A stretch of DNA of 64,000 nt. Source: Monocercomonoides exilis PA203 (lineage: Eukaryota > Protista > Preaxostyla). Below are positions 13,051 through 26,191 of the stretch, piece by piece. Location: assembly GCA_001643675.2 (NCBI GenBank), contig LSRY02000009.1, forward strand, positions 868,001 to 932,000, given 5' to 3'. The notes beneath the pieces were generated by a model. That model had not been told where the DNA came from. It was given only the letters and a program-made list of their open reading frames with translations, and did no database searches. The position numbers and the translations under genes were made by a program. Within the stretch, counting starts at the first letter, position 1. Every line of letters begins with the position of its first letter.

Positions 13051-14507
13051 TCAAACATTTACAAAGTTGTGTCGAATAATAAATGATAAATAAATACGTT
13101 ATGATTTGCAAAAATGTAACTAAACTTTTCATAAAAGCTTGTTATGATATCTTCGAATCCCTCTTCTTCCATCTTTTCAAACATTTTCCTTTTCAACTCT
13201 TTTCTTTTCGCTTCTTCCATTTCATTGTACGTTTTTTCTTCCAACCTCATTGAAATAAGAACAAAAAATGATAAGCTATCAAATGTCATCTTGTCATTCA
13301 ACGTTGGTCGCTGAATTTCCTCCAATACAACATTAACAGCCCCACTTTTCAACAAGTCTTCAACTTTCACAACTCTATTGAATGCTGCAATTCCCAAGGA
13401 GGAAATGCACAAATCGCCAATTTCTTTGTAATTATCCTTCACCACTTGATATACCTGAACAACGCAGTCTATTAGCTTTGCAAGTTCTTCGTTCCACAAT
13501 TTGCATCTGAGGAAATAATTGTTCAATGTATGGAGCCATCTTCTCAAAATATGCTCTTCTTTCGTTTCTTCTCTTCTTTTTTCATTCTCTTCTTCTTTTC
13601 TCTTCCAATCCACATTTCTTGTCAACTCTTCTAGTTCTCTTACAGCTTCTCTCGGAAAATGAAGTTCATTCACAATAACTCTTTCCAAGCTTTTATCGTT
13701 GAAAAATCTGTCTACAAAAAATTGCCAAATTGATTGATAGGCAAGCCTTGTCATATTCTGATATTCCTGATGATGTTCGATGATTTCTGTAATTTCATTC
13801 AAATACAGTTCTCTTTTCATTTCCTATGCAAAAAAGGAAGAAAAAAATTATGATAGCAAAAAGGAAATTAAATTTCACACACATAATCTCTAATGTTGCT
13901 CAACGCTAGCAAAGCCATTTCCACTTCTGTTTGAACTTCCTCGTTTTCCTCCTTATTCAATGCAGCTTTCAGAAGGCAAGGCACACATATTGAAAGTAAT
14001 TCTGAAGAGAAGTCATAACTAAGAGTGACATTGCATTCACAAAGATCAATCAGCAGTTTTTCATTCTTTCCTTCTTTTTTCTTATTTTCTTCAATTATCA
14101 TTTCTTCAAATCTTCTGCTCAGCAAAGAACATTTAAAGGCATAACTGAACCAGTCCAAAAGAACTTTACAATATCCAATGCGTTTCAGCAACAACATTGC
14201 ATTTTCCATTGACATTTTCTCTTCTTTAATTGTTTTATTAATATTGTCGAACAGATCGACAGTATAAATAGATTTGAATTCATCTTTATTCATTCCATCA
14301 ATTATTTCATTCATTTCCCCAATTTTCTGCTTCTGTTCGATTTCTGAACAATGCTCTATTAAAGAAAATAATTCTTCCAATATATTGCAAACATATCAAT
14401 TAAAGTGCTTTTAAAAAAATTGAAAAAATGAATAAACTTAATAATTTCTCATCACTTGATAGCTTCTGAACATCATCATTGGGTTTATCTTCACTGCACA
14501 TTTCCAT
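13051..14507 (-). CDS. Member of the expanded 'LFSELE.C...VEMALLALS...KMEEEG(Y/F)ED' uncharacterised helical protein family
   Basis: ATG at 14507; intron 14437-14374; ORF 13868-14380; second intron ~13882-13824; ORF 13059-13820. Clear paralog of 19465-20864. The last codons may be frameshifted relative to the family ending FVNV*. Confidence 0.75.
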
Positions 14508-15844
14508 TCTGTCTATTTTTAGTAAAGATCAATTTGCCGCAAAATTTCAAATGAAAAACAGAAAAACAAACAGAAAAACAAACATTGTTGACAATTGACA
14601 AAACTAAAATATAATTATCAAACTCAATTCTTTTGCTCAATAAAAATCTGCGTTAAAAAAGAAATCACAAAGAAGCCAACTGTATTGGTCGTATTTAGCC
14701 AAATACGAAAGAGTTTAATTTCTGTCTGATCGAACCAACAATAATTTATGCCTTGGATCTGGATTGCATTTCAAATGAATAGTTGATCGTGATGGAAAAT
14801 ATAACACATGCCTAAAATTGAATATTAAAAAAATTTCCATTTCAACATTTTGAGCAATATGAAGAAGAGGAGAAAAGACTTTGAAAAGAACTTTGCAAAG
14901 AGGAGACAAAAAAGAAGCCGTTTGATGATTAATCGTGCGTATGCTTCATTCTCCAACAAATCAAAATGCAGGCATTAGAAATTCAATTTTTGCACTCGCA
15001 TTTTGTGTTATCTGAAAGCTCTCCTTGATAGAAATGATTTTACCTGTTATTTCGGAGTGTTTGCTGGTTTCCGTGAATGTTTCAGTTTTAATGTGTTAAG
15101 CACGGTTATAAGCTATCGGGATAGTTTTATTATTAGTTCGTTTCTTGAGTGGGTTATTCAGGATGAAGAAAAATTGATGGAGGGAATCAAGCTTTCGTTA
15201 ATCCACATTTTAATGGTGCTCGGAAACATGATAACTGAATCACTTTGGGAACAGAATCAAGGCAATAATGAACAATATCGTTGATCGGGCAATGAAAGAG
15301 CTTTCATTCCAAAAGATTATAAATCTGAGCGAAGATGAAAAAAAAATCGATATGGTGAAGGGAGATTGATGCAGTATCAAGATCAATTTACAATGGAAAT
15401 CTTGAGTACATTCGAACATATCAATCATTTAATGGTGTTGCCGCTTGACGTGTATTTTTCTGTGAATACGCTTGTTACGTTTTCTGGAAAATCATCATTT
15501 TGGATTGTTTTGATGGTTGTTGTTGATTCACCGATTTCGGCGTGGACTTCGAAGCAAAGGCGGAAACAATACGTGCGATATAGGAATGAATCTGACAAAA
15601 TATGCATGACTGCGATTGAGGAGCTTGATAATATTAAGGTGCGTTATCCAATTTATGAAACAATTTTGCATTTTTAAAAAAAATAAAAAAGAAAGAAATC
15701 ATCAAAATAATAAAAAATTACTCAAACTTTTTCAGCAATGATGATTTCATGTTTTCTATTTCCAATTTTGTTTTTCTTTCTTTTTCCTGTTTTTGTGTTG
15801 CACAGATGTTCTTTTGACTACAGTCTGAATAAATAAACGACAGG

Positions 15845-16285
15845 GAAGAAATGATAAAAAACAGACTGCTTCAATCAGAGAGGCAAGAAGATGAGCTCAT
15901 TAAAAAAAAGGTATAACAACATTTTGAAATGCAAATTATTATTCATTATCTTTTTATCTTAATCTTAATCTTTTTCTTTTTTGAATTTTCTGATTTATTT
16001 TGCAAATTTATATATAATTTTCACTTATAAACTGATTTTTGCAACAGATGATTGTCAAATCCATCCACGAAAACTTACAGTCACTATTGAATGCGCTCAC
16101 ATTCATCTTGTTTGTTTCATTGAGCTTCTGACAACATTTGCCTTTTGAAAGTGTTTGTCTTGTTTCCTTCCATCTGAATCGATGAATCATTCAGAAAACA
16201 GCTGGAAGGAATCCAAATTGAAGAAAGCAGACGCAAACACATTGGAGATGTTTCTGCAGTCAGCCGAGTCTGCTTGCAGGTGAGA
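15845..16285 (+). pseudogene. Decayed gene 5' segment, diverged inverted paralog of 12335-12765
   Basis: See paralog; similarity is visible by eye over ~430 bp. Confidence 0.5.
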
Positions 16286-16689
16286 AGGGGAAGAGGGAGA
16301 AGAGGGAGAAGAGGGAGAAGAGGTTAGAATTATCAGTCCGTTTAAAAAAGGAGTGGAGAATGTGTGTTTTCATCTGATATCATGGCATGACCGAAGGTTG
16401 ATTCTCTTCCTTCGATGATGTACTTTGCCAGCCATTTGTTGACTGGTTGTCTGTTTTTTTTATGCGGCAAGAGGAAATTTTGGAGGACAAGAAACCAAGC
16501 CGAGTCGATAATTACCAAACCATCGGAGACGGGAAAATATTTCAAGGCCAAAAAGATGGTTTGATTTTTCTTTTCTTTTTTGTTTTGTTTCATTCATTTT
16601 TCTTTTAAGATATTTTTTGAATGAATACGGAATGACTATGAACAGGAATGACACGGAAAGAAACCTGTTTATCCTTTTTCAAAAGAACC

Positions 16690-17000
16690 AGAAGTTTATG
16701 AGATTATTCTTGTTTGTATCGCATTCAACGACGGCGTTCGTGACTTCTGCCATCTGCCTTGCATGACGCATATCCTGTCAATGCTTTAGATGAGCTTGAA
16801 AGAGAGAAAAAGAAGTTTGTTTGGTATATTTGTTCGGAATGTTAGGCAGAAGCGACTCTTTTGTTGGAGCTGATAAACTGGCTGGGCATTCACATTCAGA
16901 GCACATTCATCTTTTTCAATCGATCATTCTGACTTGGAAAAGCTGATATCGACTACTTTTCTTCACCTTCTTCTTCTTCTACTACTACTACTACTACTAC

Positions 17001-17032
<32 letters not shown>

Positions 17033-18054
17033 CTTCTTCCTTTTTTTTTTTCTTCTTCCTTTTTTTCCTCTTCTACCTCTTCTTCTTCTTTTCATTCCTT
17101 CATCACCATCAGCTCAATAGCTGCAGGCAACAGAAACACATCCACCATCATCTGCTCGGCTGCCTCCAGCCCCTTTTCCAATTACTTCTCCATAGTTTCA
17201 TCCACTTCGCACACTGCAGCCATTCGCCCCATCTATTCTTCGTCCAGCTTCTCCGTCACACGCATCGACTGTTGCAGCAGCAATGCAAGTCGCACAATCG
17301 TCGAAGGGAGCAGCGACTGGTCGAACAGATCGAAGATCGAAGGAAATGCTGTTCGCGTCCTCCACCTCAAACGTCCTCTTCCTTCTTTGACTGCGCTCCC
17401 ACAGAGGATGCATGAGACGAAAGCCGCGCTGTCAGTGGAACTGAAAGGAATACAGAAAATTCCACATGTCTCACCAAAAAATTCCATCACAGTGTTTGAG
17501 AGAACAGAAGCATCAACAGAAACAGCGGCATGCACTGTTCATTCACCGCAGCTGCCTCAGGCAGCACAATTTGCAGCCATCTCTCATGTTGTCCATTTCT
17601 GTTAATGATAAGTTTTTTAAGCTCTGACTGAAGAATGTTAAGAACTGATTGCAGGCTCAGATGGGGGTGATGATGACTGTTCATCCCTGTCACCTTCTCC
17701 ACTCCACTTCAAAGCTGCATAAATGGCGATGAAGCAGACGAAGAAGATGGAGACGTTGAGAGAAAAAAAGATTGCTGCATTTAGATGGCAACAAGAAGCT
17801 TTTTCAGACACATTATCACTTCTGTTTGCAGCTCCACCAGAAAATCATGCTCAACATCAGCATTTGGATCACAAAGGATAATCACATGTGAGTTTTTTCA
17901 GTGTTCGAGGGAAGGGAACAGATGGATCAGGGTTGCTTTCAGGCAAAGAATTGAAGTGAAAAGAGGAGGATGAAGAAGAAGAAGAAAAGGATGAATGTAT
18001 TTGCAACGAGGAAACCTTGTGAGGCAGATGAGGAGTTAGCAGAAGATTGAAAAT

Positions 18055-18093
<39 letters not shown>

Positions 18094-18277
18094 TGGATTT
18101 ATCTGCAGCAAAAGAAGAAGTTGTATCTGAATCAGATTCTGCTGCTTGGAATAATATTGAAAAACAGAAGAAATTAAGAAAAGCATTTGATTGTGAGTAT
18201 TTTGTGGAGGAAAACGAGCTATGTTCATATGAAAAATATTGAAAACTGATAGGAAAAAATGTTTGGAAGGTTTGCAA
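16690..18277 (-). pseudogene. Fragmented coding remnants (possibly surface/beta-helix-type protein)
   Basis: Overlapping short minus-strand ORFs with higher GC and Cys/Gly/Ser content, interrupted by frameshifts and simple repeats. Confidence 0.3.
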
Positions 18278-19464
18278 TTTTTATTGATATTTTTGAATTG
18301 TTATTTTTTTATTCAGTGAATTTTCAAAAAAATGATGAGGAATCAGATTAATTCGAAGAAGAAAAAAAGAAATGAAATAATTTTGCCATAGAAGAGAAAG
18401 TTTCACTCCATTTCTGAGAATTCAACTTGAATGGTGAATGATGAACTGGTTTTGTCAGAGCCTTTCATTTTTTGTCACAATCATACTCAAGCCAGCTAAA
18501 AGGGGGGAGAAATAAAGGATAAAAGCAACACATTGTTCCATGTTCAGCTGAGTCAGCATGAAATATTGTGTAAATTCGTCTTCTGAAGATTTTCATTGGT
18601 CAGTGTTTTTTCATCTGATTGCACTCCAATCACAGCAGAAATATTTCATTATTCAGTGTTTTTTACGAGCAGCTTGACAAATTCTTCACAAATGGAACCA
18701 CGAATTTTGAAGAAGCTTCTTTGACAAAGTTTTCAGCTGGAAATACCACTGAAAACAGTTAATTTGACTCAGTTACAACATTAGACACACCAACAGAGCG
18801 AGACTTTTTATCTTCATCATCTTCTTCTTCTTCCAGAAAAAACAGTCTATTTTCTCAGTTTCCACAAGCCTGGGAGCTGTAAGGGATGATTCAAATGGAA
18901 TTGGTTCGGTTGCGCAAAATGAAAAAAGAGCACTTAAACCACAGAAGAGCTAAAGAGCTGCATGTGATGATGGAGAATATGAAGAGAAAGAAGAAGAGGA
19001 AAGAGAGACAGAACGTTAACAGAAGAAGAATTTGGGTTTTTGTGATTGAGAAGTGGCAAAAGAACGACCATTCACCAAAAGAAATCTTCTTTTTTCTTCA
19101 TAAGGTTTTGATTTTGTATCTTCAGATAACTGAAATCATGTGGAACAAGGAATAACAAGGGAAGAAGCTGAAGAAACACAAAACCACTCAAAGGAGCAGA
19201 GAAGAGATTTTACAAGTTACTGAATGAAAAAGGTCTCACAAATTTTTGTCTCATGAAACTTGACGTGCAGATGCACCATTTGAAAAAGAGGAAAATGAAA
19301 GTCATTTTAAGTCTCTCTCTTTTTCTCTTCATTTCATCAAAATGAAGCGAGACAAAAATAAAAAATTAAAATGAACACTCAAATGATTATTTACGATTTT
19401 GCAACATGATGAAAAAAGAAAAATTGAATAATTGGAGTTACAGAATAAATAACATCTTATTTAT

Positions 19465-20864
19465 TCAAACATTCACAAAATAATCAGAAATATTCAACGA
19501 TAAAACAGTTATCCAAAAATGTCTGTTTAGAAAATTAAACATTTTGTGAAAGCTTGCAATTGTATCTTCGTATCCTTCTTCCTCCATCTTTTCAAATATC
19601 TTCCTTTTCGTTGCCTTCCTTTCCTCTTCTTCCTTATCATCTTCCTTCTTTTCTTTCAATTTTATTGAAACATTCTCAAAGAACCGTAAGCATTCGGTTG
19701 TCATGCCTTCATTATATGTTTGTCTCTGCATCCCCTCCAAAACAACATCAACAGCTCTTTTCAACAAGTCTTCAACTGGTACAAATCCGTTACCCGCTGC
19801 ATTTCTCAAGGAAGAAATGCACCAGTAGCTAATTTCTCTGAATTTATCCTTCACTGTTCGATATTCCTGAACAATGCTGCTGATGAGTTCGACAAATTCT
19901 TCATTCCACAATTTGCATGAGTCAAAAAAGGACTTTATTGTTTTCGTCCATCCCGTGATTACAAGCACTTCATTCGCTTCTTCTTTGCTCATTTCTTCTT
20001 CTTTTCTCTTCCAATCGATGCATCCAATCAGCTCTTCCAATTCTTTTGTTGCTTCTCTCACAAAATGCAACTCATTCATAGCAATTCTTTCGATGTGTTC
20101 GTCGCTGCAGAATCGGTCAATCAAAAATAGCCAAGCAGACTGATTAGCAAGTTTTGTAAGATTTCTGTGTTTCTGCTGATGTTTGATGATTTCTGTAATT
20201 TCCTTCAAATAAAGTTCTTTCCTTAAAAACTAATTAGAAATTAGAAAATAGCAATAATATCAAAAAAGAAATAACAATGTTCATACACAATGTCCCATTC
20301 CGCTCAAAGTCAGCAAAGCCATTTCCACTTCTTTCTGAGTCTCTTCGCTTTCCTCTTTCTTCAATGCAGCTTTCAGAATGCACGGCACGCACACGCAACG
20401 CATTTTCGAATTTATGTAACCATTCAGAAAAATATAGCATTCACAAAGATCAACAAAAAGCTTCTCGTTTTTCTCTTCTTTTTTCTTTTCTTCTTTAATA
20501 ATCATTTTCTCAAATCTATTGGCCAACGAAGATTTCCCAAAGCTTGGAATGAAAACATTTTTAAGCTTGATGCAACATCCAGCATGCTTCAACAGCAATA
20601 TTGTATTCTCTATCGACATTTTCTTTTCTTCAATCATTTTGTCTATTTTATCAAACAGCTCTGACTTGAAAATGGATCTGAATTCTTCATTGTTCATTTC
20701 ATCAACTATTTCATTCATTTCTTCGATTTTCTGCTTCTGCTCTTCCTCATCGCAATGCTCCAGCTCAGAAAACAATTCTTCAAAAAAAAAAGAAAGAAAT
20801 GCAATAAGCAACAATTCAAATGCAACAATGAATGCAAACCATTGAACTTTTTTGTGCTGTCCAT
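19465..20864 (-). CDS. Second member of the 'KMEEEGYED' uncharacterised protein family
   Basis: MDSTKKFN|ELFSELEHCDEEEQKQKI across a GTTTG...AAG intron; second intron near 20287-20229; ORF 19465-20208 ends LSLNISDYFVNV*. Confidence 0.75.
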
Positions 20865-23075
20865 CTCCTGTATTTTTTGCAGAAAATTTCATTCAGAAAA
20901 CAACACCATTTTGATATTCACAATGAAAGTTCATTTGATTGGATAGAATAAGTTAATGAAAAATTAAACCTCGCAAAAAATGAAAGAAATATATGCATTC
21001 AAACTGTTTCATCAAGCATTGACATTTTCGACTTGTAATTTCAAAGAAAAAGAACACTTTGTTCTTTCTCTTTGTTGTTATGGATGCTTTGATCGATAAG
21101 AATAATTCATATATGTTTGTCTTCTTGATAGATGAGAGATTGAGAAATAAATAAGTTAATCAGGGTGGGCAGAAATATTTTGAGAGATTGCACGAGACAG
21201 CGATGGTGGTGAATTGACGATGGAATTGTGTGAGATGATTTTCATGAAAAGCATCTTTGTAGTTAATTCTTCAATTTTGTTTTCAAATGAAAATATCATC
21301 ATGAACGTGAATTTTATTGTTCTATTTATTTCAAAGATGTTTCCTTGTGCAACCTTCTTTAAGAATAGGAATCAGATTTGTTGTTGAAATGGCCAATCTC
21401 CGCTTGAGAGAGCAATACGATGAGAATGGAACTGATTATCATATAAAAATTGGGAAACAAAGGAATATGCGTAAATGCCATGATTTTCATAATTTTTATT
21501 GAACAAGAGATGAAGACAAATTTGCATAGCGTTTTGGAAAATGATGAGGAAAACGGTTTTTTGTGGTTTTTGGCGAAGAAAGTGGATGACAATCTCAAAA
21601 GCGAGATTTTTTATGAAAAAAAGGCAAGGAAACAATGAACAGCAATGAAACAAGATAATAGCATTTCTTGGAGAACATTTTGCTTTTCTGATTGAAAGGT
21701 TCGCCCGTGTTTGGAGAGTTTTAATGAGTTGAACATCGTTGCGCCTTCTCATGAAGTTGAGACAGGTGAAATGGAGATCATCAGCATCTGTTTCAGCCCA
21801 TGCTTTTGAAAGATTTCCAATACAAGTCCACGCAGCTTCGTTTGTTTCTTATTTTGAGCATTGGCAACATTTTCAAAAAGAACAGACAGAAGTCTTATGA
21901 CTTCGGTATCACGGCTCTCTTTCAATGATTTGGAATGGGAATATTCATCTGTGCTTTCAATATTATCAGCATCTTCTTCCTTCCTCCTCTTCCAAAGAAA
22001 GCATTGTCTCCAGAACTGACACGCTGTCTCGGGCGTTGAGTGTGACGGGGACGGAGATAGAGATGAAAATCGATTTGACTTTTCGTTTTTCAGTCGAGCT
22101 CCTCGTGAGTGGAGTGGTTGTTGGTGTTTTTGAGGGCAGAGTGGAAGTGAGAAAGCACAGCATATTTTCGAACATTCCTCTGAGAGGAGAAACTGTGATA
22201 AAGCAGATGAAAAGAGCAAGAAACTGAAAAAGAATGAGAATGTGCAAGGGAGATGGCAAGGAAGAAGAAGAAGAAGAAAGAGAAGAGGAAGAAGGAGAGG
22301 AAAGAGAAGAAGAGGAAGAAGGAGAAAAAGAAAAAAGAAAAAAGAGAAAAAGGAGAAAAAGAGGAAAAAATTGAAGAAAAATCAGATAAAACATAAAATA
22401 TTTCAAAGGAAAATTCAAAAAACTCAGAAAATTCATCAAAATCAGCAAATTTTGCAAAATCAAATTCAATAAAGTCACTTTGTTTTTGTTCTCCTTCCAC
22501 AAATATCACAACCCCTCCTCCTTTTCTTCCTCCGAAACATTCTTTTCGTTCTTCTTCTTCTTCTTTCGGTTACCTCTTCGATCACACTGAACTGGTTGAT
22601 CTTTACGTCAAAGAAAACATATCGTGTGAGGAAGTTTGCTGGTTTCTGTGTTCCAAATTAACACTGCTCATGGAACAGTTGGAGATGTGAAAGGAGTTGA
22701 AGTTAAGGCGTTTGCGAGGGAGATGAGGTGGAATATGCTGAGGTTGTTAAAATTGAAACTTGTGATGAATGTGTGGTTGAGGAAGAGGGAGCTGACTGAG
22801 AGGAGAAGATAATAAAGAAAATGAACAAAACGAATTCGCAAAAAAAACTTAATGGTTCTTTTTTTCGTTTCAGAAGCGATTAAGCAGTGTTATGAAAGAT
22901 TAATTTGGAAAACATTGGAGATTAAAGAAGACAACACGAGTAATATTTTCAGATGGGAGATTTGAATGAAGTGGAGCAGAAACAGAAAAAAGATGAACAG
23001 CGTATGGAGAAGACAGCAAGAAAATCATTTCTTATAAATAATTATGAAAGAAAAGTCGAGATTGACTCTTTTGTA

Positions 23076-25095
23076 GGGTTATTATTTTATCTTGACACTT
23101 TTTCTTTATTCTGACCCAAAAAATGAAGTGAAAAAAATTCAAAAAACAACACAATTAAAAGAAAACAAAATCAGAATTAATTCTTCTGATAACTTTCCTT
23201 TTTCCTTCACCTCGATTTAATGCATTATCTTTCTTTTCATCTTCAAAATCATCGTTTTAACATGAAGAAATCTTCTTTTTATTTTTTTCTTATCATCCAC
23301 AACAGTCTTCACTTCATCTTTCTCCTTTTCATCCATTTCATTTTTCCTTTCAATATTCATTTTCAAATGATTTTCCCATTTCTCTAAAAGATTTTCGTCG
23401 GTTATCACTTTTCCATAAAAGTTGAATCTATTTCTGCGAGATGGAAGAGGGTAAATCGAAGATTCGGGCAGTTTCAAAAGAACTGGCCCAGAAGAATTGT
23501 GAAGAACACCACTGCAGACAAAAGCTTTCTGAATTACAGAAGGTGATAATGCAGTGTGGATAGCTTGAGGCAGAACGTCGGAAATTGCAGCTCGTTTGGA
23601 GGAAGATGAAGAAGAAGAGGGAGCCTCAAATCTGTTTGTCAGCTCAGATTTGAACACAGCAAACACTCCTCTGTCCAGTGGTTGACAGAGGTGTGTGCTG
23701 TGTGGCACGAAGGTTAAAACGTCGACTTGTTGTTTTTGGAATTCTCGCCAGATCGATGGATCTGCGCGAGATGCATGCGAGTCAAGAAGGAGAAGAATGT
23801 GTTCATTTTCAAGTGACATGCGCTTTCTTCTTTCGATGATGGAAGGCAGAAGAACGGTGAGAGCATACCTTTTAAAGCACTCATTGTCCATCCAGCCGCT
23901 TCCATTTGCCCAAATTTCCAACGTCGGAGATAACAGGCTTTTCAGCTCTTCTGGCAGCTTTGCACTTGGCCACAAAATGACTGAAGGAAAGGCATATCCG
24001 TCCGCTGCAACAGCTGCCACGAATGTAGAATTAATCATTCTTGGTGGTTCTTTCGTAAAACCTGCTTTTGTATCTGCTGTATGCACTACAAGCTGTTTAG
24101 AATCTGTAGGAACGCGCGTTGAAGATTCATCGACATTTACAATCAAAGCTGGATTGTAATGGAACTTTTCGTGCAGCTCGTCGAGTGTTTTATACCAGGG
24201 TTTTAAAACACTTCTGCACGAAACAGCCAGTCTGTTAATGTCCAAATTCTTCGGCGTTCCAGTCTTCAGCTCCGGATGACGCTTGACAAAGCCGTAAGTT
24301 GCAGACATTGAAACTTCTGTAAATGGTGAGTCTTCATCATCGTTGTCGTTTATAACATTTTCTATCTGAAAAACAAATGATTAAAACATATAAATAAAAA
24401 TTAAACAAACCAATTCTCTTGTTTTTTTCAAAGTTAAACATGTTCCAGACTTTGCTTCAATGTGAATAATATCCAAAACTCTTTGTTCCTTTTCGCCAAC
24501 AACTGCTGCAGGTCTGCCAATTTTTCCAACCAGCCTTCCTTTTCTGAGAGCTCTCACAGCATTTTTGATACCTATGCGGCTGAATTCCTTTGAATTAATT
24601 GCATCCGTCATGCGAACAACTCCATCAACAACGATATGAGCCATTCGCTCCAGCAGACTGTGATACTTCCTGTACTTACGCGAAGACATTGCGCGATGCA
24701 GTTTTTTCTTACCTTCTTTTAATTTTATTTCTGTTGATATTTTCATTTTTTTAATAATATTTTTAAGATCATAATAATTTTTTATTTTTTTGATTGAAAT
24801 GAAATGAAAAAAAAATCAAAAAAAATAACATTTTTAGTAAACGAAAGGTTTTATGCCCCATGTAACCCTCCAATTCCACACAGAAGTTCAATGAAGGGGC
24901 TAAACCCCCCCATCTCCCCCCCCCCCCCCCCCCCCATGCGAAATTGGGTTTGTTTCAAAATGTATTTATTATTATCTATTGAATTCATATATATACTTAA
25001 AAATCTTTAAAAATATGAAATTGTGGGAAAAGTTAATGATTAATTAAAAAAAAAGGTCAAGATAAAAAAAAAAGGTCGAGATAAAATTATAACCC
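23076..25095 (-). mobile_element. pogo/Fot1-like (Tc1/mariner superfamily) DNA transposon, 2020 bp, TA TSD
   Basis: 41-bp imperfect TIRs (GGGTTATTATTTTATCTTGAC... / rc GGGTTATAATTTTATCTCGAC..., 34/41) flanked by TA at 23074-75 and 25096-97. Encloses a DDD transposase. Confidence 0.92.
23217..24746 (-). CDS. DD35D pogo-type transposase (DDE_1-like), two exons, ~494 aa
   Basis: Exon 24746-24411, 45-nt intron GTTTG...CAG (24410-24366), exon 24365-23217 in frame. Motifs NVDES, LLLDSHASR and PHSTHLCQPLD, with 35 residues between the 2nd and 3rd Asp. Confidence 0.9.
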
Positions 25096-25409
25096 TAATT
25101 ATTTATTGCTGTTTCCCTCCATTTCGTTTATTATTTTTAAAGTCGTTAAACTGCGCAGATTTGACAGGAACTTTGAAATGATGTTTCGGCTCAAAAAAAT
25201 TCTTTTTCACCTAAAGCATAAAAAAGGAATGTTTTTTTCAATAAAAAAATAAAACAAATACATATCACAGAAATAAAAGCTAAATACTAGCAAAAAATCA
25301 ATTTTTCTCTTTGAGCAATAAATACAACAATAGATTTTATTTTTTCAATTTTCGATCTTTTTTATGATGTCAAAAAAATTCACACATATATTTATTTTGC
25401 AAATCAAAC

Positions 25410-25447
25410 AATAGTGATTTTTCAAAATTGAGTGATTTATTTATCCC
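25410..25447. mobile_element. Possible solo GGG-type element end followed by ATAT
   Basis: rc reads ATAT GGGATAAATAAATCACTCAATTTTGAAAAATCAC, loosely similar to the element E and A/B ends. No partner found. Confidence 0.3.
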
Positions 25448-26191
25448 ATATTTTTTGAAATTTGGAAAATTGGTCTTAATGAATAGAATGAGGGTGTTGT
25501 GTTTGTGCTGTAGATAAAAATGAAGAATTGAATAAAAAGAACAGTTTCAAAAAGAGCTATGAAGTTCATTATTCTCTCTATTCATCTGCTTCATCTGCTT
25601 CATCGAGGTTAATGAAATTCAGAAGCGAAAAGTTGAAAGCTGCTGTGTTTACTGAAAATATGAGAAATCCTTCGTTGTGATAATTTTCTAGCCTTTCTTT
25701 TTGTATTCAATAGTTTGCAATTTTTTTTATAGAAATTCATCTGCTTGTTGCAGTGAGTGAATAAGTAGCAAAGCATGTGACAATCGTCTCGTTGCTGCTC
25801 TTATCGCTTTATCTGCTTTTGTTGCTTCTCAATAATCAAACAGATCAAGGGTTTTGTTGCTTCAAGCTGTTCTGTTTGGATGAAATGGGTTGTGTTGCCT
25901 TGTGATGTCGAACTTTTTGTGATGCTTTCTTCTACAGTGTTTTCTCTTCTTCTGTCACTTGGTGTGTGTATGTTCCCGAAGTTGGTGAGCAGATGGATAT
26001 TTGAAGAAGCATATGCTAAAACTTGAGCATTGATTCTTTGATGGGTTTGAATTGCCCATTACTATGAAATAGAGTTGGTCGCATGCTCAATTAGATAGCA
26101 AAGATATGCAGAAGGTGCATACCCCGTGGGAATGAAGTATAAAGAATCTTCTGTTTTGTTTGATCAGTTGCTGATATATCCAAGGGTTACT

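Noticed and set aside
14689-14708. Small hairpin TCGTATTT-AGCC-AAATACGA upstream of a family gene
   Set aside because: An 8-bp stem is expected by chance in AT-rich DNA. No supporting context.
21317-21760. Possible protein kinase N-lobe remnant
   Set aside because: Only vague resemblance, with no diagnostic motif. Not supportable.
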